Of a stretch of 64,000 nucleotides of DNA, positions 1 to 8,646 are shown piece after piece; within the stretch, counting starts at the first letter, position 1; every line of letters begins with the position of its first letter. The notes beneath the pieces were generated by a model that was given only the letters and a program-made list of their open reading frames with translations, was not told the origin of the DNA and did not search any database. A program made the position numbers and the translations under genes. Source of the DNA: an uncultured Methylomonas sp. (GTDB lineage: Bacteria > Pseudomonadota > Gammaproteobacteria > Methylococcales > Methylomonadaceae); NCBI GenBank assembly GCA_964529085.1, contig CAZGUM010000001.1, positions 25,763-89,762 on the forward strand, written 5' to 3'.

Positions 1-2660
1 TCGACAGTCGACGAGGTGTTATGGGCAATTAGACTACCATCCCGATAAGGGTCGGTAGGGGTGCCGGTTCCGAGTCGCTGGTATTGCGGCAGGTCGCCTT
101 TGACTTTGTCCTGTTGGGTGTAAACGCCGCGTACGGATGCCGACAGCCAATTAAAAATGTTATAACCGCCCCATACGGTCGATTGGAAATTATCGCCCAA
201 TGCGTAGCCGGATTTATTACGTTCTTGCATGCGCTTCGTCGCGTTGAATTGAGCTCCCCAAGAAAAATCCTCATATTGTCCGGTGTAGGTCACACTGGGT
301 TTGAAATCCCAAGTACCGCTGCCTGGCATCATGCCGATATCGTGCAGGATGGTAATTTCGTTCGGATAGTCATAGCCGGCGGTTTGGCCGTGTTTGATCT
401 CCACGCTTCCGGTCGGCGCGCTGCCGCCTATGCCGACATGGAAATGATGGCTGGAGTCGTCATACAATTTAAACATCGCAGTGAAGATCGTATCGCTCAG
501 CTCGAATACGTTGTGTTGCATCCCGGCAAACATCGAGTGAGAATCGGACGATAAATGTTGTTCCGAGTTCTCCACGTGGCCTTTGACCGGTTGCCGCAGG
601 TCGTTGCCGAAAGTCATGTCCATATCCATCAATTGCGGCATCAACATTAAGGTCAGCCAATCGGTCGGTGCGTACATGATGTCAAGCATGTGCATGCCCA
701 TATGCATATCCGCCGGGCGCACTAAACAACCGCGGTGAGAGGCATCGGGCCTATAACCCGGGCAGCCGAATGCATTGACTTGTTGATCCGTGACGGCATC
801 GCTGCCATGCAACATATTGCCGGCCTGGCCGTTGTACATGTAACGGTAGCCAAACATCACATCGCCGGCTTGATCCAACATATGCGCGTACATGACACCC
901 GCGGGCGGGTGAGAACCATGGTGCATATGATGGTGATGGTGGGCATGCTCGTCTTCGCCGAACAAACTGCCATCGAACAGACTGCCCGGCGCCGACAAGT
1001 CAACATTGATGCCGCCGTGCGCCAAGTAATAACTCATATCTGCGTAGTCGCCGGAACCGCCGCCGCCCAGTTTCAAGCCGCCTTCATGCGTGTAGTACTC
1101 GATACCCGCTTCGACTTTCACGCCTTTGGCAAACTGTTTGGACAGGGTGAGGCTACCGCTCAACGAGCCGAAAGCCGACAAGCGGTAATCGCTGGAATAG
1201 TGGGCGTCGGCGCGAGGCGCCAGGAAATAAGGGGCGAAAAATTCGGCTTGCGATTGCGAGTAATATCGGACGCCCGGCGTGACGGTTATGCCGTAGGGCA
1301 AGGATTGGTACCAAGTTAGCTCGAAGGTATGTGAATTGACCTTCCAGTCATCGGTGTAAAATCGATAATCGAAATGCAGCGATGCATCCAACTGTGGAAT
1401 GTGCTGGTTTACCCCCGTCGAAAACGACAGTTGATTACGCTCAGATGGTCTTACCTCTCGGAACAGCTCGGGGCCAACGATTTGCAGTTGGGTGATCGAG
1501 TTCCAATCCACCGGGTGATTATCGACCGCATCGCTGATTGCCACGTATTCTTCGGGCGTGATTTCACCGCGGATATAAACAGTCTTATACGGATTGCTCA
1601 GATAACCGGATTGATGCGTGAAGCTGGTTCCGGCATTCAATATCGTGTTTTTGCCCAAGATTTGCGAAACACCGAAATTGACTGAATGGAAAATACTAGT
1701 TTCGTCCAGCCGCGGATTTGCGGCGCAGTCCACGCTGGGATCGGCGCAATCCGAGGAAATAATGTGCGGCAATTTGTTGCCTTGCGTCAGGGCCGGGGCA
1801 TGCGAATGTCCGGCGTTACGCCAAATACTGTTGCCGGTGACGCTGTAACCTAAAGACAAGGTGGTTAATTTATTATTCAGTTCTTGGCTTAAATTCGCCG
1901 AGCCGAAATTGGAGACAAAATCCGGCTCGTCCGATAAGCCGCCGGAGAGGGCTAGCGTCGTGTTATCGAAATAATATTTCAGGCCGACGGTCGGCTGGCT
2001 TCGCGTCTCTAAAGGCTGAGTCTGGAAGACTTGTTTGGTACGGCTGTGTTCGATCGGCACATTCAACAAGGCGCGATAAGCGGTCAGTTTGTCGGAGACA
2101 GACGCTATAGCCTGAAAAGCGGCAAATTGTTCCAGACCTTCTTGAGTTAAACCGCGTGCCGTGGTTTGGCTGGCGGAGGAAATGACGTCCGCTTTGTAAT
2201 AAGTCAGCGGCAGTACCGGATCGTTTGGCGCATACCAATTATTACCGTTTTTGTCTATGTTCGACGGGTAAACCAAAGGATTAGGATTAACCACCGCTTT
2301 TTGCCAACCCTCGTCGCCGGGTTGGAAAAAGCCGGGGGAGCCGCTCGCGATCCACCAAGCACCCGGATCGGCATCCTTGGTCATGATTTCCGGGACGCTA
2401 TAAGCTGGCGAGGCACCGGTATAGGTATCCCTGTCCAAGCTGAAATTCAACTCCAAACGATCGGTCAGCGGCACGATACCATCGGCATGGTAAATATCCA
2501 CCCGCATCCGGTTGTTACTTTCTTGATAGTGTCCATACTCCACGCTGCCTTCGGCTTTGGTGACAGGCACCGCCGCGATGGCGTTCAACCCAGGCAGGCT
2601 AAGGGCGGCAGACGTTAGAGCGGCTAAAGCAGCATGCTTTTCAGGCTTAATTACAGCCAC
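1..2660 (-). CDS. DUF3570-family outer-membrane beta-barrel protein with a His-rich linker and a second barrel-like domain (runs off window start)
   Basis: Absent from the ORF track because it is truncated. GTG at 2660 overlaps the DUF4266 stop region and reads VAVIKPEKHAALAALTSAALSLPGLNA. The same frame is open at spot checks near 900-960 (GEDEHAHHHHHMHHGSHPPA) and at 1-60. Typical TlpA-DUF4266-DUF3570 gene order. Confidence 0.75.
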   Translation of the reverse strand, partial: MAVIKPEKHAALAALTSAALSLPGLNAIAAVPVTKAEGSVEYGHYQESNNRMRVDIYHADGIVPLTDRLELNFSLDRDTYTGASPAYSVPEIMTKDADPGAWWIASGSPGFFQPGDEGWQKAVVNPNPLVYPSNIDKNGNNWYAPNDPVLPLTYYKADVISSASQTTARGLTQEGLEQFAAFQAIASVSDKLTAYRALLNVPIEHSRTKQVFQTQPLETRSQPTVGLKYYFDNTTLALSGGLSDEPDFVSNFGSANLSQELNNKLTTLSLGYSVTGNSIWRNAGHSHAPALTQGNKLPHIISSDCADPSVDCAANPRLDETSIFHSVNFGVSQILGKNTILNAGTSFTHQSGYLSNPYKTVYIRGEITPEEYVAISDAVDNHPVDWNSITQLQIVGPELFREVRPSERNQLSFSTGVNQHIPQLDASLHFDYRFYTDDWKVNSHTFELTWYQSLPYGITVTPGVRYYSQSQAEFFAPYFLAPRADAHYSSDYRLSAFGSLSGSLTLSKQFAKGVKVEAGIEYYTHEGGLKLGGGGSGDYADMSYYLAHGGINVDLSAPGSLFDGSLFGEDEHAHHHHHMHHGSHPPAGVMYAHMLDQAGDVMFGYRYMYNGQAGNMLHGSDAVTDQQVNAFGCPGYRPDASHRGCLVRPADMHMGMHMLDIMYAPTDWLTLMLMPQLMDMDMTFGNDLRQPVKGHVENSEQHLSSDSHSMFAGMQHNVFELSDTIFTAMFKLYDDSSHHFHVGIGGSAPTGSVEIKHGQTAGYDYPNEITILHDIGMMPGSGTWDFKPSVTYTGQYEDFSWGAQFNATKRMQERNKSGYALGDNFQSTVWGGYNIFNWLSASVRGVYTQQDKVKGDLPQYQRLGTGTPTDPYRDGSLIAHNTSSTV

Positions 2661-2871
2661 AACCACCCCCGCTACCTGTCAAGCCACCTTGGGAGGCTTC
2701 CCGGCTGGTAAAAATGTGATCGCGCAGATGATTTAATTTGGGGTTAGGATCCAGCGCCATCTCTTCTTTGGCCAGATTGCCCCTTTCCCAAGGCGATACG
2801 CTGGTGCATCCCTGACAGCTTAAGGTACCGGCTAACACCAGCAGTTTTAGCGCTAAAAGACCGATACGCAT
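2647..2871 (-). CDS. DUF4266 family small lipoprotein
   Basis: Lipobox-like GC, V-x-PWERGNLA motif, C-terminal GGGCGCN. Confidence 0.85.
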   Translation of the reverse strand: MRIGLLALKLLVLAGTLSCQGCTSVSPWERGNLAKEEMALDPNPKLNHLRDHIFTSREASQGGLTGSGGGCGCN

Positions 2872-2876
2872 GTAGG

Positions 2877-3365
2877 CTACTCGGCGAGCAAGCTGGTGAT
2901 TTGTTCGCGAATATGGGTCTGGTCGCCGTCGCGATAGCCCAGGTGAATGTTGCGAACCTTGCCGGTTTTGTCGATAAAAAACGAGGAAGGCATGGCTTGT
3001 ACCCCAAAAGTGCTAGGGCATTCGCCTTTGGCATCAAAGGCCATTTTGTAATCCACGGGATGGGCTTGCAGAAATTGACGTGCAGTATCGCTGTCTTCGT
3101 CGACATTGATCGCAATCACCTCAAAATTTTCGTTTTGATGCTGGTTGCGCAGGGTGTTTAAAAAAGGCATGGACTTTTGGCAAGGTCCGCACCAAGTCGC
3201 CCAAAAATCTATCAGTATCACTTTGCCTTTATAGGCCGAAAAATCCAGTGCTTGCTGGTTTTCCAATACGGCGGGGCAGTTTGGTACGGCTTGTCCTTCC
3301 TGTATTGCATGGCATACGGGGCTGGCTAGCAATATCAGTCCGGCAAAGGTGTTCAGGTATTTCAT
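2877..3365 (-). CDS. TlpA/ResA-family thiol-disulfide oxidoreductase
   Basis: Signal peptide; DFWATWCGPC thioredoxin motif. Confidence 0.9.
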   Translation of the reverse strand: MKYLNTFAGLILLASPVCHAIQEGQAVPNCPAVLENQQALDFSAYKGKVILIDFWATWCGPCQKSMPFLNTLRNQHQNENFEVIAINVDEDSDTARQFLQAHPVDYKMAFDAKGECPSTFGVQAMPSSFFIDKTGKVRNIHLGYRDGDQTHIREQITSLLAE

Positions 3366-3620
3366 CGGCTTACAATATTAACGGGGTAATCGGCTGATTT
3401 TAACATCAAGGATCTCGATGCCTAATCATCAAAATTTTGGCGCTAGTGATTTTTGTCCGTTGCTGTTGCACTGTTCGCCGTCCCGCCCTATTTGGGCTAT
3501 TGGTGAACTCAGAAATTTCGTTAGGGTTGCTTGCAGTCATTGCACTTCAAATAGCAGCGTTTTGCGTTGTGTTCGCCGAATGTCGGGCGCCGAGATTTGA
3601 ACTGAAATTGCCGAATACAA

Positions 3621-3688
3621 AGAAAGCAGGCCTAAGCCTGCTCCTTGAATGTGGATAAGCAAGTGAGTTATTGCATCTTGCTTATCCA
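3621..3688. terminator. Two hairpins downstream of the PEP-CTERM gene (probable intrinsic terminator)
   Basis: AGCAGGC-CTAA-GCCTGCT at 3626-3643 with a U-rich tail on the minus strand; TGGATAAGCAAG...CTTGCTTATCCA at 3652-3688. Confidence 0.55.
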
Positions 3689-3755
3689 TTTTTTAACGCT
3701 TCCCCCCAAGGTTTATTCGCCGAAAACCGCAGTGTTTAGGCAGTAACAAGGGTAA

Positions 3756-4805
3756 TTAAGCGTGGCTTTTACGACGGTTCAAGCCCAGGAAGCCGATCAT
3801 CGCGGATACAAACATCCACGCTGCGCCAGGCAGTGGCACCGCAGTAACTTGGAAGCCGGTGATGCTCAAACTACGGGCTAAACGGTCAGCTGTATAAGCG
3901 GCAGCAAATGGACTGCCTGCAGTGGCGCCGCCAGCGAAAATATCGCTGTAAAGCTGAGCGTAATCAGCCCCGTTCGCGCCGCCAATCGCCAAGGTGTAAA
4001 TGCCTGCCGCCAGTTGGCCTGACCAACTGACTTTGTTGTCAACTAAGCCATCCGCACCCAGGATTGCAGTAGTGCCGCCGGAAGAGTTGGTGAAGCTAGA
4101 GCCGGTTGCTGCGTCGGCACCGGAAATTCCTGTGTATACGATGGTGGCCACTTTAGGTGTATCCAAACCGCCCAGGTAGTTGGGGCCATGAGTGTCGGTT
4201 GCGCCGGTGGTGCCGTTGTTACCGGTGGTGATATTGCCGTTGGTATCGAATACGCCCCACAGCCCGGTCGGATTGCTAGGTGTGCCTGCGGCCGCGCCGC
4301 CGCGCAAACCGTTGACGCCGGCAAATGGGGACCAGGAAGCGAAATCTTTGGCAGTTGCCAAATAAGCCGCCGTATCCGGATCGGTAGCTACCGAAGCCAC
4401 ATCGCCCACGCCGTCATGTGAAGCTCCTGGAACAACGCCTTTGTACAAAGAAAACCCTGGGTTCAAAGTGCTGGCGCCGTTGCTGTTACTCAAGCCGTTA
4501 ATGGTGAAACTTACGAGAGAGTCGCTGTTCAGGATGAAGTAACGGAAGCGGACGTCGTGGGTGTTGCCCAGGCTATCAGGATTCAAGCCAGCCAGATAGC
4601 CGCCGTTGCTGGATGCGGTTGCGGTGAAGTTGCTGGCCGCGCCGTAAGCACTGCTGACTGCAGTGGTGCCGGTGAGTGGGTCGTATGTGCCTGCGCCTTG
4701 ATATAAAGCGCTGCCGTAACCGACGTGCGCCATTGCCGATCCGGAAACCAGTGCCATACCGCCCAGGATTCCTAACATAGATGCTTTTAGAGCAAAAGAT
4801 TTCAT
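3756..4805 (-). CDS. PEP-CTERM (VPLPA-CTERM) surface protein, paralogue 1
   Basis: Signal peptide ending AMA|HVGY; C-terminal VPLPGAAWMF-TM-RRK. Start at 4805 has an RBS (track start is 4841). Confidence 0.88.
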   Translation of the reverse strand: MKSFALKASMLGILGGMALVSGSAMAHVGYGSALYQGAGTYDPLTGTTAVSSAYGAASNFTATASSNGGYLAGLNPDSLGNTHDVRFRYFILNSDSLVSFTINGLSNSNGASTLNPGFSLYKGVVPGASHDGVGDVASVATDPDTAAYLATAKDFASWSPFAGVNGLRGGAAAGTPSNPTGLWGVFDTNGNITTGNNGTTGATDTHGPNYLGGLDTPKVATIVYTGISGADAATGSSFTNSSGGTTAILGADGLVDNKVSWSGQLAAGIYTLAIGGANGADYAQLYSDIFAGGATAGSPFAAAYTADRLARSLSITGFQVTAVPLPGAAWMFVSAMIGFLGLNRRKSHA

Positions 4806-4887
4806 AACTTCTTTCCTTTTTACATTTTTATATGTTGTCATGATTAGGTTCCCGATTAAGTTACCGTCTTAATGGGAAGCCAGTCGT

Positions 4888-4968
4888 TTGCAACCCGGCC
4901 ATCCTGAGTCTCTCCCAGCTCAGCATCCGTGGCTTTCCGACTCCACCTCGCGGTGGATGTGGCGATAG
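4888..4968 (-). ncRNA. c-di-GMP-I (GEMM)-type riboswitch
   Basis: Minus strand reads GCCACATCC-ACC-GCGA-GGT-GGA-GTCGG-AAAGCCACGG...GGCCGGGTTGC: a GNRA-capped stem, AAAGCC junction and CCGGGTTGC end matching the GEMM architecture, in the 5' UTR of a surface-protein gene. Confidence 0.75.
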
Positions 4969-5022
4969 TACCGTCCTTGGTTGAACGTCCTGTTCTATCC
5001 AAATTCCGTTAACTAAACTGTG

Positions 5023-5871
5023 TCAAGCGGCTTGGTAAGTCGCTTTGTTACGGCGATTGAGCCAAAAACCGCTTATGGCGCTAACGAACAGCCATGCGGA
5101 AGCCGGTAGCGGAACCGCAGTGACACTCAAGGAAATGGTGCCGGGCAAATTGGTGTTCGGGCAGCTTACGTTGCTACCGCAATTCACGTTACCCGCCGCG
5201 GCGATGGTGTAATCGCCGGCGCGCAGAAAGTAATTGCTTAAGGTGGCGATGTTGGCGCCGCCAGTAGTGGCTACGTGAGTTTGGTATAGGATGACTGCCC
5301 ATGCGCCTTCTTCATTCGCCATACTCCAATCGTGCAGGGCATCGAATTGTCCTTTGAAATTGTGAATATTGGCTGTGTCGCGGAAGGGTGAGACATGACC
5401 GGCGGCGTCCGTGGTCACACCGTTATCGACCGGCGACGCATCGTATACCGTGTGAGGTGTTGGTGTGGCGACGAAGTGGTTAGGGTTTAACGGATCGGTA
5501 GTGGCGTCATCATGCGCCTCATCGGGCAGCAATCCGGCGTACAGGCTGAACGATGGGTTTAGCAAGCCGGTGTTGCCGTCATCGCTGAAGTTAATCGTTA
5601 TTTTTGAATCCTGGGTCAAGTGAAATTTAAAAAACTGGCCTTGAGCCAATTGATGCGTATCACCTAAAGTTTGAGTCGTACCGTCATACCAGCCGTAGTT
5701 GCTGAAGGTGCCGCCATTGACGCCGCCAGGGGACAAGAAAGGATCGCTAAGATCCACATAATCGACATGCGCCGCCGCCGGCGCAGCTACGGCAATCAAT
5801 GCCGCGGCGCCCAACGCCTTTACAGAGAGCGCCAAGGCGCTGCTGTGTTTGGAAAGAAATTTGTTTAGCAT
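5023..5871 (-). CDS. PEP-CTERM (VPLPA-CTERM) surface protein, paralogue 2
   Basis: Signal peptide AAA|HVDY; C-terminal VPLPASAWLF-TM-RRNK. Confidence 0.88.
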   Translation of the reverse strand: MLNKFLSKHSSALALSVKALGAAALIAVAAPAAAHVDYVDLSDPFLSPGGVNGGTFSNYGWYDGTTQTLGDTHQLAQGQFFKFHLTQDSKITINFSDDGNTGLLNPSFSLYAGLLPDEAHDDATTDPLNPNHFVATPTPHTVYDASPVDNGVTTDAAGHVSPFRDTANIHNFKGQFDALHDWSMANEEGAWAVILYQTHVATTGGANIATLSNYFLRAGDYTIAAAGNVNCGSNVSCPNTNLPGTISLSVTAVPLPASAWLFVSAISGFWLNRRNKATYQAA

Positions 5872-5999
5872 TAATCACCTCTTAAATAATGTTCAGTTAA
5901 GCCAGTCTACGCCCCGACATAGCTTGTAATTCGCGTCCTGTGCGACCTAGGGTTCTTTACCAAGTCCTGGCGCATGTCAAGCGGGTGTCTTATCATTGA

Positions 6000-6014
6000 G
6001 CAATGCGCATGCCA
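6000..6014 (-). promoter_or_regulatory. sigma54 (-24/-12) promoter
   Basis: TGGCATGCGCATTGC = GG-N10-GC, about 130 nt upstream of 5871. Confidence 0.65.
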
Positions 6015-6360
6015 TAACGGTAAGGCATTGTTTTTATTGGCTTGGGTATTCGCTATTGGTTTTTAAATAATTAAACTGTGTTATATGGCATTTTGATTGC
6101 GGCATTACCCCTAATTTTGCGGCGAGTTTCAAAATGGCGACCATCGCTCGTGCCTGGAGTTTTGCAAAATAGCTATGAGGTTGGCGGTTGGTGTGGCTGC
6201 GTCAGCCGATTTGGTATTATTCGGAAAGTCGGTGATGATCTTGAGTCGACTAGTGTTAAATAGTCGCGCTAGGAATGGGAAGGAAGGAGCATCCTTGCTC
6301 CTGGTGGTCCGTAACTAAAAACCGGTCGGCATTGCGCCGCCGGCTGAAATCGCAAAAAGC

Positions 6361-7503
6361 TTAGGCGGCGACGCTTGTTTTGCGGCGGTTTAAGCCCAAG
6401 AAGCCTAACATCGCGCTGCCGAACAGCCATACAGCGCCAGGAACCGGTACGGCTGCGGCTGTGGCAACGGCGGAAAACTGCAAGTGACCATGCAGGTTGG
6501 TTAAGCCGAATGAATCGACCGAGCCCAGTGTACCCAACGAGGCGTTGGCAAGCGCGTTCAGTGCGCCTGAAGCAGCAATAGTGTAGTTGCCGGCTGTCAG
6601 AGTGATGACCAAAGTTTCTAAGGTATCGGCGGCGTTGCTGCTAAATCCCGCTGCTGACGCAGCATTTCCGTTGACGGCTTTTAAGAACGCGATGTTACCC
6701 CAGTCGCCGGAAACGTTGGATTGACCCCAGTTGGCCAAGGCATTGAACTGGCCGACATAACTTTGAGTGTTGCTCAGGGTATTGCGGTATGACGAGGCTA
6801 TGCCTTGGGAATCGACTGGCGCTGTTTGCGAATCGAGCGCATCCTGTCTTTTGCCGCCAGGCACGACAACCGGATTAAGTTTTTCGTTGGCATCGTCGTG
6901 TCCCTGGTAATTCAGTACGCCGCTATATAGGCTGAAGGCAGAGTCAATATAGGTTCCGTCCGAGTCCACGTTCCATTTAATGGTGACCTTCGAGGTTTGG
7001 TCCAGACGGAAGTTGAAGAAGTCAACTTTGTGGCTGTCGCCCAGTGTGGGGTTGGTGCCATTACCCCAACCGTAGTCGGTGACATCGTTCACGTCAACGG
7101 TCGCCGAGCTGGCGGCGGAGGTGTAATTTACATTGGTAAAGCTGCCGACGCCGGTATAGGATTGGTTGGTCGCGTTCCAAAGGTTTGGATTATTTAAAGG
7201 GCGGTCGCTGGTCGCGCTGATGGCGCCGCCGATGCCGTTGGCGGCACGCTGGGCAGCTGTCAGGCTTGATCCGCCCAATGCCAATACTGCCGCGGGTGTT
7301 GCGCCGTATTGAATTTTAGATGCTGCCTTGCCGGCAGTCGTCAAATCGCCGATTTGTGCACCTTGATTGAGGTCGTAATATTCCACATGGGCGAAAGCTT
7401 GTTGGCCGGCGCCTAACACAGCAAGTGCGATACCTAGGCTTAGTTTCGCCGTTAAGCTGTTTTTAGTCTTGATGGGGCGGGTGTTTGGTGTTTGATCGAT
7501 CAT
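6361..7503 (-). CDS. PEP-CTERM (VPLPA-CTERM) surface protein, paralogue 3
   Basis: Signal peptide AFA|HVEY; C-terminal VPVPGAVWLFGS-TM-RRK; RBS AGGAG. Confidence 0.9.
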   Translation of the reverse strand: MIDQTPNTRPIKTKNSLTAKLSLGIALAVLGAGQQAFAHVEYYDLNQGAQIGDLTTAGKAASKIQYGATPAAVLALGGSSLTAAQRAANGIGGAISATSDRPLNNPNLWNATNQSYTGVGSFTNVNYTSAASSATVDVNDVTDYGWGNGTNPTLGDSHKVDFFNFRLDQTSKVTIKWNVDSDGTYIDSAFSLYSGVLNYQGHDDANEKLNPVVVPGGKRQDALDSQTAPVDSQGIASSYRNTLSNTQSYVGQFNALANWGQSNVSGDWGNIAFLKAVNGNAASAAGFSSNAADTLETLVITLTAGNYTIAASGALNALANASLGTLGSVDSFGLTNLHGHLQFSAVATAAAVPVPGAVWLFGSAMLGFLGLNRRKTSVAA

Positions 7504-7740
7504 GTTTACTCCTAAAAGAACTTAAGAAAAATTGAATACATTTCTGCCTTCCTGGTTGGCACGCCCCCTGGTTGTCGAACGCTGCAAGCTTGATCTCTCT
7601 CGCAGTTTGCCCGGTGGTTGTACTGCCAAGGCATGCTCAATCGGTATCTGGGTTTGTTCAGAATGCGAAGGCTGGCCTAGCTTTAGGTCTGAGCTTCTTC
7701 CCGCTTCTGATAAGGAGACGATGTGAGCCTTTGTTTAAAA

Positions 7741-7755
7741 GCAATATTTAAGCCA
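7741..7755 (-). promoter_or_regulatory. sigma54 (-24/-12) promoter
   Basis: TGGCTTAAATATTGC = GG-N10-GC upstream of 7503. Confidence 0.55.
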
Positions 7756-8103
7756 GTATGATTGCGCTCGGTATACCCCGTTTCACCGCTATGTCTAAGG
7801 GGGGTTAAAAATAAAACTATGTTAAATAACTACATGAATACGGCATTTGCCTTGTTTATGCGTTTCTCTGTGTGTGCCTAGGCAAGTACAGTTTTTAGTA
7901 AAGTGCGACTGAAGGTTTTTGAGTCGGTTTGAGTTTCGTGTCTGGTGGTGCGTAAGAATTCGATTCGGCATGATTTCGCCGTTGGAGTTGGCTGCACTGT
8001 CTGCGGCTTTTGGAAGCATGTGTGTATTGGCCTTTATTTTGCTGCGATTTGTTGCTATTTTGTGGCAAGCCGGGATACAACGGGAATTAACTAGGAGATA
8101 TTC

Positions 8104-8379
8104 ATGCAAAAAACCGATAAAACACCGTTATGGGTGTTTTTGGCCTTATCCAGTATCGAAACTCGCCGGGGAGCGTTATTGTTGATTTGGAGCAGTATTG
8201 TTTTTACTTTTTATTGCGTACCCTGGGGGCTTTATTTTGAGAATAACGCTTGGGTTGCCAAGCTATTTTTGATTGATGATTGGGAATGGTTTGCAATGAT
8301 GCTGCCTATGACTTTTTGGTATTGGTTGAGCATGCGATGGGTTGATAAAAATGGCGGTTGGAGTTTGGCCAGAGCCTGA
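8104..8379 (+). CDS. Small hypothetical membrane protein
   Basis: AGGAG RBS; Trp-rich hydrophobic segments. Confidence 0.65.
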   Translation: MQKTDKTPLWVFLALSSIETRRGALLLIWSSIVFTFYCVPWGLYFENNAWVAKLFLIDDWEWFAMMLPMTFWYWLSMRWVDKNGGWSLARA

Positions 8380-8646
8380 GTTCGCCAGGTCAGAAGTATT
8401 GGTAGGCTCCAACTGTAGAGGGTATAGCCCACTTTGCGGTTTGATTCGTTATTTCACGGTGTGACGCACGGTAAATCTTGTTTGAGCTGAGTCGCGGACT
8501 CCGGTCAATTTGTAGCGTGTTTATCCATGGTTTTGTGAGTTTAAAACTGTTTGCCATTCGACGTTTGATACGGTTTGTCTGTTAGTGCATCGGGCAAACC
8601 GGGTTAATATGCGCTCCATACCCCTAGCTCAATCCGTTCAACATTT

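Noticed and set aside
84-2618. Several plus-strand ORFs (84-554, 735-1319, 1374-1685, 2166-2618)
   Set aside because: Antisense shadows of the long minus-strand DUF3570 gene; no recognisable motifs
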